A stretch of DNA of 64,000 bases, from the IMG/VR virus record IMGVR_UViG_3300022555_000004; one strand, written 5' to 3'. A model generated the notes under the pieces. It was not told where the DNA came from and made no database searches. It was given only the letters and a program-made list of their open reading frames with translations. The position numbers were made by a program, and so were the translations under genes. Below, piece by piece: positions 36,162 to 45,695 of this stretch. The first letter of the stretch is position 1; the number at the start of each line of letters is the position of its first letter. The DNA comes from a virus (Duplodnaviria > Caudoviricetes).

Positions 36162-36487
36162 TTAAATATGTTTACCGTCTTTAAGGGCTTGCCATACTTC
36201 ACTTGCCTTCATTGGCGTGAAAAACTTATCTCGTTCAATACCAATCATAAACGGGCCTTTGTATGCCTTCAATTCAGACAGACTAAAACTTCCAATTTTC
36301 GTTTCGTTTCCTTTTACAATACCCCACAAATAGTCGGTATCCTTTGGGTCTTGGTTCATTAAATACCAAGTCCAACTTCCACAAGGGTCAAAAAATTTGG
36401 CAACAATCATTTGTTCCATATCAGAACCCATTGGATATTGTTTCTGGGCCTTTTTTCGATAACCTTAGTCATTAATTTTAATTTCAT
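36162..36487 (-). CDS. DUF2958-like protein (frameshift at A6 run 36451-36456)
   Basis: AKFFDP.GSWTWY, E.GSFSL.EL, IERD..F.P; MKLKLMTK N-terminus restored by adding one A. Confidence 0.75.
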
Positions 36488-36506
36488 TGTCTTTACCCAC
36501 TTTCTA

Positions 36507-36815
36507 TTATATCTTTTTGTTAGCAATCTTTGCCAATTGTCCGGCATACTTAACGATGCGTTTTTTAGCAATAACCATTTGTTTTACAGATAAATGTCGG
36601 TCATTGCTCTTCAATAATTGTTTGGCAAAACTTGTCAAAATTTTAGCATCCGCTCCAGTGAAACCAACACCATTGTTTTGTGTGGTAGCTTCAACATTCT
36701 GTTCCATAGATGTTTGTTTATTGAATATAGCGATAACAGACCGTTCAATCCATGTTCTATCACCACTAAGTAATTTGTCCTTTATTTCGTCTTTTTTCCA
36801 AGTATATGTAGTCAT
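36507..36815 (-). CDS. Conserved phage hypothetical protein
   Basis: WIERSV.AIF..QT..EQ...T...NGVGF.G.DA pattern. Confidence 0.75.
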   Translation of the reverse strand: MTTYTWKKDEIKDKLLSGDRTWIERSVIAIFNKQTSMEQNVEATTQNNGVGFTGADAKILTSFAKQLLKSNDRHLSVKQMVIAKKRIVKYAGQLAKIANKKI

Positions 36816-36880
36816 GTTGTTTACGTCCTTTCTTATCGTTTATAAGACATAATACCACACTTCCTCGGTTTTGTCAAGGA

Positions 36881-37099
36881 TTATTCTTTGATACCAAACA
36901 GACGTTCTAATAGGATCTGATCCATCTTTTTATCTGGTTCCAATTTTAAACTAATGGATTTACCATATATATTAACCTTACCATCAACGATTTCTACAAA
37001 ACCGGCAGATGTTGGATGACCAATTTTAACCATATCAGCATGCACCAATGCTTCACTAAACACAACTGGATGATAGTTTCTAATAATTACGTATTTCAT
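36881..37099 (-). CDS. Hypothetical protein
   Basis: MKYVII...H....SAGF...YG.S.SL pattern. Confidence 0.65.
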   Translation of the reverse strand: MKYVIIRNYHPVVFSEALVHADMVKIGHPTSAGFVEIVDGKVNIYGKSISLKLEPDKKMDQILLERLFGIKE

Positions 37100-37100
37100 A

Positions 37101-37283
37101 TTATTTGATATCCTCAATACTTTCAATATATACATCAAATTTAGATGCGATATCAGTCATATGTATCAACATTTGAATATCACATTCATCCATCTGACAT
37201 TTGATTTTCAATTGACCAAGATCACCAACTATTTCACTCTGATATACTTCAAGACCTCTAACACTCAATGTTACACTTTTCAT
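37101..37283 (-). CDS. Hypothetical protein
   Basis: GGAGGG RBS. Confidence 0.6.
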   Translation of the reverse strand: MKSVTLSVRGLEVYQSEIVGDLGQLKIKCQMDECDIQMLIHMTDIASKFDVYIESIEDIK

Positions 37284-37312
37284 TTTTTACCCTCCTGATT
37301 TTCAACTAAACC

Positions 37313-37346
37313 GGAACCCGCCGGCACGACCTGCCCGGCTTGGTTC
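37313..37346 (-). other. Conserved GC-rich hairpin, copy 2
   Basis: GAACC-AA-GCCGG...CCGGC-G-GGTTCC; matches 11463-11501. Confidence 0.6.
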
Positions 37347-38546
37347 TTATTCAACCTCAACTAAATTACAACGATTTATAACCGTTTGTTTCAACCCTTT
37401 GTATTCAGTATGTTTTGTTACTGTGGCTTTTCCAGTATAATGTCCGTCCACTTCTAAATTTACACTTTTAGTAAACCAAACAGCCACATTATCATTAATT
37501 GTTTTAAACATATAACAATTGGATGTTCCATATTGACTATCAAAAACTCGTTTGCTAATCAAAACCATATCAACATCAATACGTTCACCGATGTTTCCAA
37601 AATGATTAGAAATAGTTTTATCTTCGACTTTCTTCTTATTCAAATTCATAAAATAAACACCTACAATAGAGGCCGCCGTTGTTGCTGTTTTATATGTGAT
37701 ATACTCACGAGCAATAAGGCCTTTGATGTTTCTGATATAATCGGAAGTATTTTCTAATCCATTGACCCATTCAATAACGTGTTTATACGTTTTATCAACA
37801 CCATCACTTGCGGCTGTGTTTAATTCATCTTGCCAATACTTTTTATTATATTCAATGCCCCATACAATATCACCAGTTGCTGATAAATAATTATGGTCAA
37901 CATTCTCTCTGTTTTCTTCGGCATCTTTTCTTACCATTTTAGCAGAAATATATCCGTGTTTCTGAACACAGGCAATGGTTCGTTTCAAAAACATTTCAAT
38001 GTTTTGAACTTCAACGCCTCGTTTATACATTTTTCCATGTTCTTTATCCATCATATCATTCAATGTGTTGAATAATGTAGCATGGGACAATAACAGACTG
38101 GCATCAAATCCAAGATATGCCGTCAAACAAGTGCTTCCCACCTGATGGATTTCTTTTGTATCTGCTCTATAAACCAAATATGTATATTTACGATACCTGT
38201 CTGTATTGCAATGTTCGCAATAGGTGTCACTGTTCCAATACTGTTCAGGTATTTCAACATCATATATTTTTTTCATTATAATATTACCGTTTTTTGAATG
38301 TTCGGTAATCGCTAAGAAAGACCATCCATTCAAGGATACAACCGGATTGATAACATCAATATCATTGACTTCAACCATTTTATGAACATCAACATCATCG
38401 TCATTTTTGAAAATAATATCCTTCTGATATGACGGTGAAATCATGTAATCAATACGAATACCATCCATGCCGAGAATACGATTGTTCAATTCCTCTAGCT
38501 TTTTGGTAATTGTCTTTAATTTATAAGTCGGTATTGTATATTTCAT
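37347..38546 (-). CDS. Conserved phage hypothetical protein (CEHC, QVGSTCL; C-terminal OB-like)
   Basis: 399-aa ORF with own sigma70 promoter. Confidence 0.8.
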   Translation of the reverse strand: MKYTIPTYKLKTITKKLEELNNRILGMDGIRIDYMISPSYQKDIIFKNDDDVDVHKMVEVNDIDVINPVVSLNGWSFLAITEHSKNGNIIMKKIYDVEIPEQYWNSDTYCEHCNTDRYRKYTYLVYRADTKEIHQVGSTCLTAYLGFDASLLLSHATLFNTLNDMMDKEHGKMYKRGVEVQNIEMFLKRTIACVQKHGYISAKMVRKDAEENRENVDHNYLSATGDIVWGIEYNKKYWQDELNTAASDGVDKTYKHVIEWVNGLENTSDYIRNIKGLIAREYITYKTATTAASIVGVYFMNLNKKKVEDKTISNHFGNIGERIDVDMVLISKRVFDSQYGTSNCYMFKTINDNVAVWFTKSVNLEVDGHYTGKATVTKHTEYKGLKQTVINRCNLVEVE

Positions 38547-38963
38547 AATTTTATTGCCTTTCTTATTCTTTATATAACCGATTATACACTAATATAAAGG
38601 AAAAGTCAAGGTATTTTTGTATGTCAGTGGTGGCAGGGGATTGCCGGCGGGTTCCAGAGGATTGAATTTTACGCAAGAAAAAGGTTCAAGAAGTCTTATT
38701 ACCATCATTCTATTTATCAACACTCTGGTTGCCCAATCTGTTGGGAAATAGTTTTAGGGTTTATCGCTTTTGAACCTTATCTTGTTACAATCTAATTAAG
38801 TATCATCCTATAATTTATCTAATATAATTTACTTCTAGTCACTTCATTTCATCACCTGTTCCTTTACGTCTAAAGTTAAAAGTTTAAAACAAAAAATGGT
38901 TCAATATGGTAAACCGAACAGGATAAGAGTCATGGCCAATGAACGAGATATCCTTTTGATGTT

Positions 38964-39395
38964 GGAATTATAACCATTTGAACCGCGTCAGCCCTGATAG
39001 GAATTATGACCTGTTTGACAGGAATTATAACCGTGGCCAACATTTTTTTTGATTGATATATTATGGAATGAAAGAACATGTGGTATATGGTATCATTCCA
39101 AATATCAACCAATCATATCGTTGATTGAAGTCGGTTCTTTGTACCACCAAAAAACGTCCCTTATCAACAGATAAGTAAAGTAGGACTTACACCCAGCTGC
39201 CAATGGACTTATGCGGAATTACTGCCTGGTAGGACTTACCACCCTACGCCAATGGTCTTATTGAAGTCTGATCGCTAAACGTTGAATGGTATTTTCCCCG
39301 TTCAGGCTTATTGCCTCACGCCTTGGACTTACAAAGGATTTATAGCCTCATAGGACTTATAACCCACCGCCATCAAGGACTTACGTGGGAGTTTA
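38964..39395. repeat. Array of about 13 direct GG(A/T)(C/A/T)TTA-type motifs in non-coding DNA
   Basis: GGACTTA at 39183, 39205, 39232, 39325, 39353, 39377; GGAATTA at 38964, 39000, 39021, 39215; variants at 39254, 39305, 39336. Confidence 0.85.
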
Positions 39396-39866
39396 TCGCC
39401 TAAGTTGGAAACCAATAAAGTTGTGGTTCATTGGAAGGATCATTTAGCCTACCAACCGTTCCGCGGATTTCATAGTTAGTATCAATTACATATTTTTTCC
39501 TGTAATTGTAGGGTATTCAGCTTATTTCCCCTAGAAGGAATTGACCTTCACTATATGTCCACATACTTTTTGTTTCCGAGATAGGATAACATGGGCAGTT
39601 ACGCCCAATAACACCTATCGTTTTGATTGATAATGGGAATCGAACCCATATAAACGATGTAGTATCGTTTGTTTGACCATATTAAACTACATCAATCAGT
39701 TTACTGATACTTGGGTGTTGCACCCGCAACGTATATCTACGCGTCACTGCGACTTATCAGTATTGTATGGTTGGGGTGCTGGATGTTTGCGATCCAGATC
39801 CTGACTGTTTTTTTGAGAGGAATTGCGCCTCTATTGTAGGATAACTATTAATTTTTCCCAACTCAT
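39145..39866 (-). ncRNA. Candidate ~720-nt structured ncRNA with serial T-loop hairpins
   Basis: TTGACA-17-TATACT promoter at 39872-39900; at least 5 T-loop-like hairpins; terminator-like CUUAUC-UGUU-GAUAAG...U6 near 39150; no ORF. Confidence 0.55.
39625..39696 (-). tRNA. Degenerate tRNA-like module with CUA at the anticodon position
   Basis: AUUGAUG/UAUCAAU acceptor, GUUU/AAAC D stem, AACGA-UACUACA-UCGUU, UUCGAUU T loop; A33, C37, no CCA. Confidence 0.5.
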
Positions 39867-39929
39867 AATTCAGTATAACAAACTTTGATATGTTTGTCAA
39901 CTATTTTAATTTTTTAAATCTAATTTTTA

Positions 39930-40117
39930 TTTGTGGTAGGGATCAACCCATTTTCGTGAATATTACCAAAATAATTGTTAGACTCAATTCCCTGAGGCTT
40001 TTGGAGAACCAATCTTTATAGGTAACTGACGTATCGTGTTGACTATCGTAACTGACCGTCTGATGTGGTTCCCTCACTCATTAAATACATTATAACACAC
40101 TAAAATCAATATGTCAA
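39930..40117 (-). ncRNA. Short non-coding transcript with sigma70 promoter (40089-40117)
   Basis: TTGACA-17-TATAAT; first 24 nt identical to 1661-1684; twin TCAGTTAC; ends GGGUUGAUCCC-UACCA. Confidence 0.45.
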
Positions 40118-40128
40118 TGATTATTTTT

Positions 40129-40335
40129 TTAATATTTTAAACTCTTGGATATATCATCGGGATTTTCTTTTCCTATGATATCCAATACATTTTTATATGC
40201 TTCAATACTTCTCACGGCATGAAATATAATAGCGGATACTTTAGCCCCGTCTTTACATGCCTGATAGAACAACGCACCTTCCCTTGTTGCTTCTCCGTAT
40301 TTTCTTTTTATCTCCATTTTCTTGATTGTTTCCAT
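40129..40335 (-). CDS. Hypothetical protein
   Basis: GGAG RBS. Confidence 0.65.
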   Translation of the reverse strand: METIKKMEIKRKYGEATREGALFYQACKDGAKVSAIIFHAVRSIEAYKNVLDIIGKENPDDISKSLKY

Positions 40336-40584
40336 TTAAATATCTCCATTGTTATCAATAAACAAATTAACTAATTCAAAGGCCGGTTTATGGTCACGAT
40401 AAAATGCTTCACCATAAACATTGGCGACTGTTACATTAACAATCTTTTTATCAGGTAAAATAAAACTGATAAAGGTCACAGTCCTATCACTAAAAGGGGA
40501 TCGTATTTCTTGTATCTTACACCCATACCCAATAGCCTTCAATGATTTTCGTAAACTTAATTTTTGCTTGTTTGTATATTTCAT
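40336..40584 (-). CDS. Hypothetical protein
   Basis: Co-oriented; RBS. Confidence 0.7.
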   Translation of the reverse strand: MKYTNKQKLSLRKSLKAIGYGCKIQEIRSPFSDRTVTFISFILPDKKIVNVTVANVYGEAFYRDHKPAFELVNLFIDNNGDI

Positions 40585-40585
40585 T

Positions 40586-41035
40586 TTATTTAATCCTCTT
40601 TATAATATTTCTCAATTGAACTCTTTTTTCAATTGTGCCATATCTGATTATAACACACTTCAATGTGGTTCGTAATACCTCATGCGTGCTAACACGGCTA
40701 CCAACTTTGATGCGAACATAGTAACCACGGCCAACATAGTTTTGGTTGGCCATAAATCCCATTTCCCACAATGATTTAGGAAATAATTTTTCCCATCTAT
40801 TAATGGTTGGTCTTGTAGTATTCTGCCACGAAAAAGTAGTGGATTGTGCCGTTCTATCAGTAGGTGTTGCCTTGATAAAACCCCAAGAAATCCCCAAACG
40901 TCTCAACGCATCTGGATTGCTTTTACAAGCATTCACTTGTTGCGCCTTGACCAAAGCATCCTTCATTTCAGGATGAATGTCTGGATGAACCAATCTAATT
41001 AAATCTCTGTATATTGTAGTAGGTGTAAAAGTCAT
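40586..41035 (-). CDS. J-domain-like N-terminus protein
   Basis: YRDLIRLVHPD motif. Confidence 0.65.
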   Translation of the reverse strand: MTFTPTTIYRDLIRLVHPDIHPEMKDALVKAQQVNACKSNPDALRRLGISWGFIKATPTDRTAQSTTFSWQNTTRPTINRWEKLFPKSLWEMGFMANQNYVGRGYYVRIKVGSRVSTHEVLRTTLKCVIIRYGTIEKRVQLRNIIKRIK

Positions 41036-41121
41036 TGTTTTAACCCTTTCTTTACTTTTTCCTTTGATTATAACATAAATTGTTCATCATGTCAAGGATT
41101 ATTAAACCCTTAACATTCATA

Positions 41122-41511
41122 TTATTCCTTATTGTTTTCCACCGGAATATCACGTTCTGATTCTAACTTGAATGTATAATGTGTCAAAAAAGATGCGATA
41201 GGTTTTGACCGTTGAATGTATAATACATTGTCTTTTGCGTTATAATATTTGGCAGCCGTTGATGAAATAAGAGATTCGCCAGTATCATAAACAACATATG
41301 TGCCGGCCCTAGCGATTTTTGACGGATCAACTTTGATATAATCATATTTCAATGTAACAGAAACACACAATAGAACACATAACCATACCCAAAAAAAAGC
41401 AAACATGCCCCCTACAAGGCCATCATCACTAATCATTGCCCATGCAATCAATATAGCAAAAACAACGACTAATACAATTGCTGTTACAATTCCACTAATT
41501 TCTACAAACAT
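41122..41511 (-). CDS. Hypothetical membrane protein
   Basis: Two N-terminal TM segments. Confidence 0.7.
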   Translation of the reverse strand: MFVEISGIVTAIVLVVVFAILIAWAMISDDGLVGGMFAFFWVWLCVLLCVSVTLKYDYIKVDPSKIARAGTYVVYDTGESLISSTAAKYYNAKDNVLYIQRSKPIASFLTHYTFKLESERDIPVENNKE

Positions 41512-41512
41512 T

Positions 41513-41770
41513 TTATTCCCCCTTTTCTTCTGGTATCAATTCTTTATATAGGGCGTCATCATCCCATACTCGTTCACACACGAATTTCTTTTTCTTGACT
41601 TCTGTGTTCAAATATTTCCCGATAGACTCTGCCAATAACAATTCATCATATACGGTTTCCGGTATATCAATATACTTATACAGTCCGCCGTTTTTAAATA
41701 ATACTATCAAAGTGTTATTCTCATATCCAACACTTTTTACATTTGAACTTTCAACATTTATTAATTTCAT
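41513..41770 (-). CDS. KTSC domain protein
   Basis: VESSNVKSVGY, LIVLFKNGGLYKY, AESIGKY. Confidence 0.9.
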   Translation of the reverse strand: MKLINVESSNVKSVGYENNTLIVLFKNGGLYKYIDIPETVYDELLLAESIGKYLNTEVKKKKFVCERVWDDDALYKELIPEEKGE

Positions 41771-41835
41771 TTTGTTCTCCTATAATTTAATATTTTATTA
41801 TTTTATTTTACCACAAAAAATTAAATTTGTCAATT

Positions 41836-42120
41836 TTAATATACGTCTTCACTGTAAAGTAGCCCACCACGATACCCACCAGAATATGATGGAATACCAG
41901 CATCAATTTGAAGTTTATATCCATCTGCCCTATTGACAAATCTGTTACAAGATGTCATAAACCCCTGATCGCTATTTTTGAAACATCTGTTTCGTTGATA
42001 AATTAAAAATATGCAATCCGAATGTCGGTGGCCACGCCAAATATATCCGGTGTCATCCTTAACGGCAGCACATATACAAATTTCTTTATTCATTTTGTTG
42101 TCCTCTGTTTCTTTATCCAT
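41836..42120 (-). CDS. Hypothetical phage protein
   Basis: ICAAV...G.RH...QGF.TS..RFV.R...LYSEDVY pattern. Confidence 0.75.
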   Translation of the reverse strand: MDKETEDNKMNKEICICAAVKDDTGYIWRGHRHSDCIFLIYQRNRCFKNSDQGFMTSCNRFVNRADGYKLQIDAGIPSYSGGYRGGLLYSEDVY

Positions 42121-42290
42121 CCATCAAACAAGTCTTTAACTTCACGTTCATTCATTCCCATTATTTCAAAGAAAGCCTTACGTTCAGCATCATTTTTATT
42201 AAACCCACGAATCATTAATTCATCTGTTCGTTCTGTCAAATACGTGTATGCGTATCGTAAAAACCAATCTGTTTTTCTTATCGCTTTCAT
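42090..42290 (-). CDS. Hypothetical protein
   Basis: GGAGG RBS. Confidence 0.65.
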   Translation of the reverse strand: MKAIRKTDWFLRYAYTYLTERTDELMIRGFNKNDAERKAFFEIMGMNEREVKDLFDGWIKKQRTTK

Positions 42291-42299
42291 AGTCGCCTC

Positions 42300-42779
42300 C
42301 TATATCGTATATCGTAAATCCGACCAATCAATCAAATATTCACATTCAAATTCTTTCATTTTGTTTTTTAGTGCCACAACGTCCTGACGAATTTTCATAT
42401 ATTCATCGAACCATTCATCGGTATGTTCCACGGCGTTACGATATTTCACATAGGTATCCAGTTGGGTGTAATATCGTTCATTTTGTTTCCTGACATAATC
42501 CATATTAAGTGTTTGCCTTTTTTGGCCATCACTCAATCGAAGCGTCAATGTTTTATTGCCCTTTGCCATAGTAAGCTCAAGACCATTCCATCCCTTCCTG
42601 ATGTATAAATTAAAATCACCTGAAATTGTCAATCGAAGACGGTCAATTAATCGTTTGGTAATTAATTTGCCATTCCAAGACGCCAATGCTGGGTCAAGGA
42701 TGTTGATCATATATGTCGTTGCTTCAATGTTATCCATATATTCTTTTAATTTGGTTTTCAATTCTTCTCTTTTAGTCAT
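42300..42779 (-). CDS. Hypothetical protein
   Basis: Start MTKREE with GAGG RBS and promoter. Confidence 0.7.
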   Translation of the reverse strand: MTKREELKTKLKEYMDNIEATTYMINILDPALASWNGKLITKRLIDRLRLTISGDFNLYIRKGWNGLELTMAKGNKTLTLRLSDGQKRQTLNMDYVRKQNERYYTQLDTYVKYRNAVEHTDEWFDEYMKIRQDVVALKNKMKEFECEYLIDWSDLRYTI

Positions 42780-42799
42780 ATATATTTCCTCGTTTTTAT

Positions 42800-42950
42800 T
42801 TGTATTATACACGAAAACATAGTGTTTGTCAAGGAAATTCTTCAACTGTTGGCTGTGCCGTTGGAACTCGCCACAAATTCAGACAGGCAATGGGTTTCCG
42901 AGGGTATAAAATACTTGACAAAAGGGCTCTTATAGTGTATGATGTTCATA
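42800..42950. promoter_or_regulatory. Divergent sigma70 promoters at the strand switch
   Basis: TTGACA-17-TATAAT on minus (~42803-42832); TTGACA-type promoter on plus (~42915-42945). Confidence 0.75.
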
Positions 42951-42976
42951 TAAAATAAAGAAAAGAGGATATAAAA

Positions 42977-43129
42977 ATGGATTGGTTAAATTATACTGAC
43001 TATGTGCCTAATACATTTCCAGATATTTTTAAATTGTTAGATTCGAGAGATTATCGTTCCCATAATTTTTATGAACGATATACAGGCAAAAGTAAGAAAT
43101 TCAAGAAGAACAAACGAAAAGGTAAATAA
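42977..43129 (+). CDS. 50-aa protein with basic C-terminus
   Basis: GAGG RBS, first gene after plus-strand promoter. Confidence 0.6.
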   Translation: MDWLNYTDYVPNTFPDIFKLLDSRDYRSHNFYERYTGKSKKFKKNKRKGK

Positions 43130-43185
43130 TCCTTGACTTATAAGGATTGTTGTGTTATTATGTAAAAAGAAATGAGGAAAAGACT

Positions 43186-43545
43186 ATGGCAAATTTTGAA
43201 GGTGTAACAGCAAGTAATTCTCCGGCAATTAAACCGGATAAAATAGATAAAATTAAGGAAATCGTTGATAGGTATTGTTTGAATGAATTGGCATGTGGTG
43301 TTCGTGATGGGTGCCTTGAATTATATGGATACGATTTTTTCTATGTATCTGCCAATGAACCGAATGATATGGATGATGAATACGACAAAACTGATAATTT
43401 CTTGAAAGAAATTGCTCCACTATTACTTGAAAAATTGGTTATTCAAAGTGTTGGGTCGGAGAAATGTCGGTTTCCACTGGCGGCACAGGAAATTGTAGTG
43501 TTGCCTAATGGTGATATTACATATAATGGATTTAAGGGAGAATAA
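43186..43545 (+). CDS. Hypothetical protein
   Basis: Start MANFEG with GAGG RBS. Confidence 0.75.
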   Translation: MANFEGVTASNSPAIKPDKIDKIKEIVDRYCLNELACGVRDGCLELYGYDFFYVSANEPNDMDDEYDKTDNFLKEIAPLLLEKLVIQSVGSEKCRFPLAAQEIVVLPNGDITYNGFKGE

Positions 43546-43548
43546 GAT

Positions 43549-43761
43549 ATGACAGCAATACAGGATATAGAAAACACAAAGAAACGGTTGATTGCCCGAG
43601 CGGCTAAAAGGGGTATATGGGAGAATTTTGGGCAAAAAGAACGCCGGAAATTACAAGATAAATATACACCAGAAATGTGTAAAAATGATGATTTTCATGA
43701 TGTTCATCGGGCAATTATGGAATTTGAACTATGGTGCATGAATTATGATGGAGGCAAATAA
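43549..43761 (+). CDS. Hypothetical protein
   Basis: GIWENFGQKE.RKL pattern. Confidence 0.7.
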   Translation: MTAIQDIENTKKRLIARAAKRGIWENFGQKERRKLQDKYTPEMCKNDDFHDVHRAIMEFELWCMNYDGGK

Positions 43762-43762
43762 C

Positions 43763-44134
43763 ATGAGAAATTCAATTAAATTATCGGAAAAACATGGTGT
43801 AAATCCAATGATACCAACATGTTTTTATTGTAATAAAGAGAAAAACGAAATAATACTATTTGGTAAATTACCTTATGATGAAAAGGCACCAATGACGGGT
43901 GTTATCAACATGGAACCTTGTGATGAATGTAAAGGATATATGGAAATGGGTATTATCCTTGTATCTGTAAGGAACGGCGAACCCCACGATAATCCATATC
44001 GCACTGGTGGTTGGGTGGTTATGAAAGAGGAAGCAGCAAAACAAATTTTCAATACTCTTGGAAAAAATCGTTTTGTTTTTGTTGAGGACGAAGCATGGGA
44101 TCAGTTGCAGTTGCCAAGGTCTTTAGATATTTAA
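43763..44134 (+). CDS. Hypothetical protein with CxxC pairs
   Basis: KHGVNP...CFYC...EPCDEC. Confidence 0.75.
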   Translation: MRNSIKLSEKHGVNPMIPTCFYCNKEKNEIILFGKLPYDEKAPMTGVINMEPCDECKGYMEMGIILVSVRNGEPHDNPYRTGGWVVMKEEAAKQIFNTLGKNRFVFVEDEAWDQLQLPRSLDI

Positions 44135-44229
44135 TAAAAAAGATGGTTTTTATTGAAAAAAATGGTTGACAAAACAAATTCTATGGTGTAAGATAAAACT
44201 ATAAAAAAAATAAATGGAGGATGTTAATT

Positions 44230-44574
44230 ATGAACAAAGCTACTTTGATTGATTTTGTGGCCGCAGAAACAAGCATGACAAAGAAAGACGCACGCAGTGC
44301 GATTGAGGCCGTTATTGAGGGTATCGTTGAAGGATTGTCGTCTGACAATAAGGTTGCCCTTGTTGGTTTCGGCACGTTCCTGTTAGTGGATAAGAAAGCC
44401 CGAACAGCTCGCAATCCGAAAACAGGTGAGGCCGTTGAAGTACCGGCAAAGGTTGTTCCGAAATTCCGCCCATCGGCTACTCTTAAAGAGTATTTTGAAG
44501 GGTATGATCTCGGTGAAGACAACGATGTAGAGGAACTGGAAGATGTCGCCTCTGCTGATGAAGTCATTGCCTAA
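44230..44574 (+). CDS. hup: HU-family DNA-binding protein with acidic C-terminal extension
   Basis: MNKATLI, LVGFGTF, RTARNPKTGE, PKFRPS. Confidence 0.93.
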   Translation: MNKATLIDFVAAETSMTKKDARSAIEAVIEGIVEGLSSDNKVALVGFGTFLLVDKKARTARNPKTGEAVEVPAKVVPKFRPSATLKEYFEGYDLGEDNDVEELEDVASADEVIA

Positions 44575-44588
44575 TCAGTAAAAGAATA

Positions 44589-44619
44589 AAAAGAGGGCGG
44601 GATTTCTCGCCCTCTTTTT
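44589..44619 (+). terminator. Intrinsic terminator
   Basis: GAGGGCG/CGCCCTC stem followed by T run. Confidence 0.85.
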
Positions 44620-44795
44620 TATTTACAATTTTATAAAATTAGGGTATAATTGATTAGAAAGGTAGAAAATATGAAGTGGCGGTATATTTTAATAGCGATA
44701 TGTCTTACATTGTTTTCAATGGCATTAAATAATGTCAATGAAATGACGTTGTGTATATTACTTGTTATGTGGCTACATCAGAAGGATGTGATGAA

Positions 44796-45695
44796 ATGAT
44801 AAATGATAAACAGGCAATTTGGGTGTTCAAACATGAACCTACTGAATTTGAAGATATGGTTCTCAATGAGGATGTTCGTGGTAAATTAGGAAAGGCATTA
44901 GTTGAAATTCCAAATCTAATGTTAGTTGGCCCTGCTGGTGTTGGTAAAGGAACCTTTACACATATATTTTTGAAAAAAACAGGTCTTGATAGTCTTTGGG
45001 TAAATTGTTCTGATGAAACATCTATTGATAATATCAGAACAAAAGTGAAATCGTTCGCAACATCTTTGGGTATTACACCTTTGAAGGTTGTTGTATTGAA
45101 CGAATGTGATTTTCTATCGGTGCCCGGCCAAGCCATGCTTAGAGATTTGATTGAACAAGTCCAAAAAATTACACGGTTTATTATCATGTGTAATTATGGT
45201 CATAAGATAATTCCCGAATTACAATCTCGATGTCAGATTGTTGAATTAGGCAACCCACCTTTGAAGGATGTTGCTAAATTTGTTATGGGAATACTCAAAA
45301 AAGAAAAAGTGGTCATTGATAAAATAGAAACAGTGGTTGATACAGTAAAAAAATTATATCCAGATATTAGGTCAACCATCAATACACTACAATTGAATAC
45401 AGTCAATGGCTGTATTACAAATGTCAAACTGGAAAATACAACTGGCGTTTATGATAAAATATTGAACCTAGCAATGTCTTCTGACTTAGACGGTATAAGG
45501 AAAGCATTGAGGTCGAATACAATAAATTATACCGATTTATATCAATACTTTTTTGATAATGTCGGTGGGTTTAAGTCGCCGGGGGATGCCATCATTGAAA
45601 TCGCCGAAGCAATGTATCGTGATAGTATTATCGCAATCAAAGAAATCAATTTCATTTCATGTGTTTTGAAATTGATTAAAAAGGGTTGTATATGA
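44796..45695 (+). CDS. gp44: Clamp loader small subunit (T4 gp44/RFC-like AAA+)
   Basis: KHEP.EFED, GPAGVGKGT, INCSDE, LNECD, ELQSRC. Confidence 0.92.
   Translation: MINDKQAIWVFKHEPTEFEDMVLNEDVRGKLGKALVEIPNLMLVGPAGVGKGTFTHIFLKKTGLDSLWVNCSDETSIDNIRTKVKSFATSLGITPLKVVVLNECDFLSVPGQAMLRDLIEQVQKITRFIIMCNYGHKIIPELQSRCQIVELGNPPLKDVAKFVMGILKKEKVVIDKIETVVDTVKKLYPDIRSTINTLQLNTVNGCITNVKLENTTGVYDKILNLAMSSDLDGIRKALRSNTINYTDLYQYFFDNVGGFKSPGDAIIEIAEAMYRDSIIAIKEINFISCVLKLIKKGCI

Noticed and set aside
39625-39696. Amber suppressor tRNA or TAG reassignment
   Set aside because: The module has A33 and C37 and no CCA. Long genes are open in code 11, and TAG acts as a normal stop (e.g. 2548, 46335, followed by new RBS and starts).
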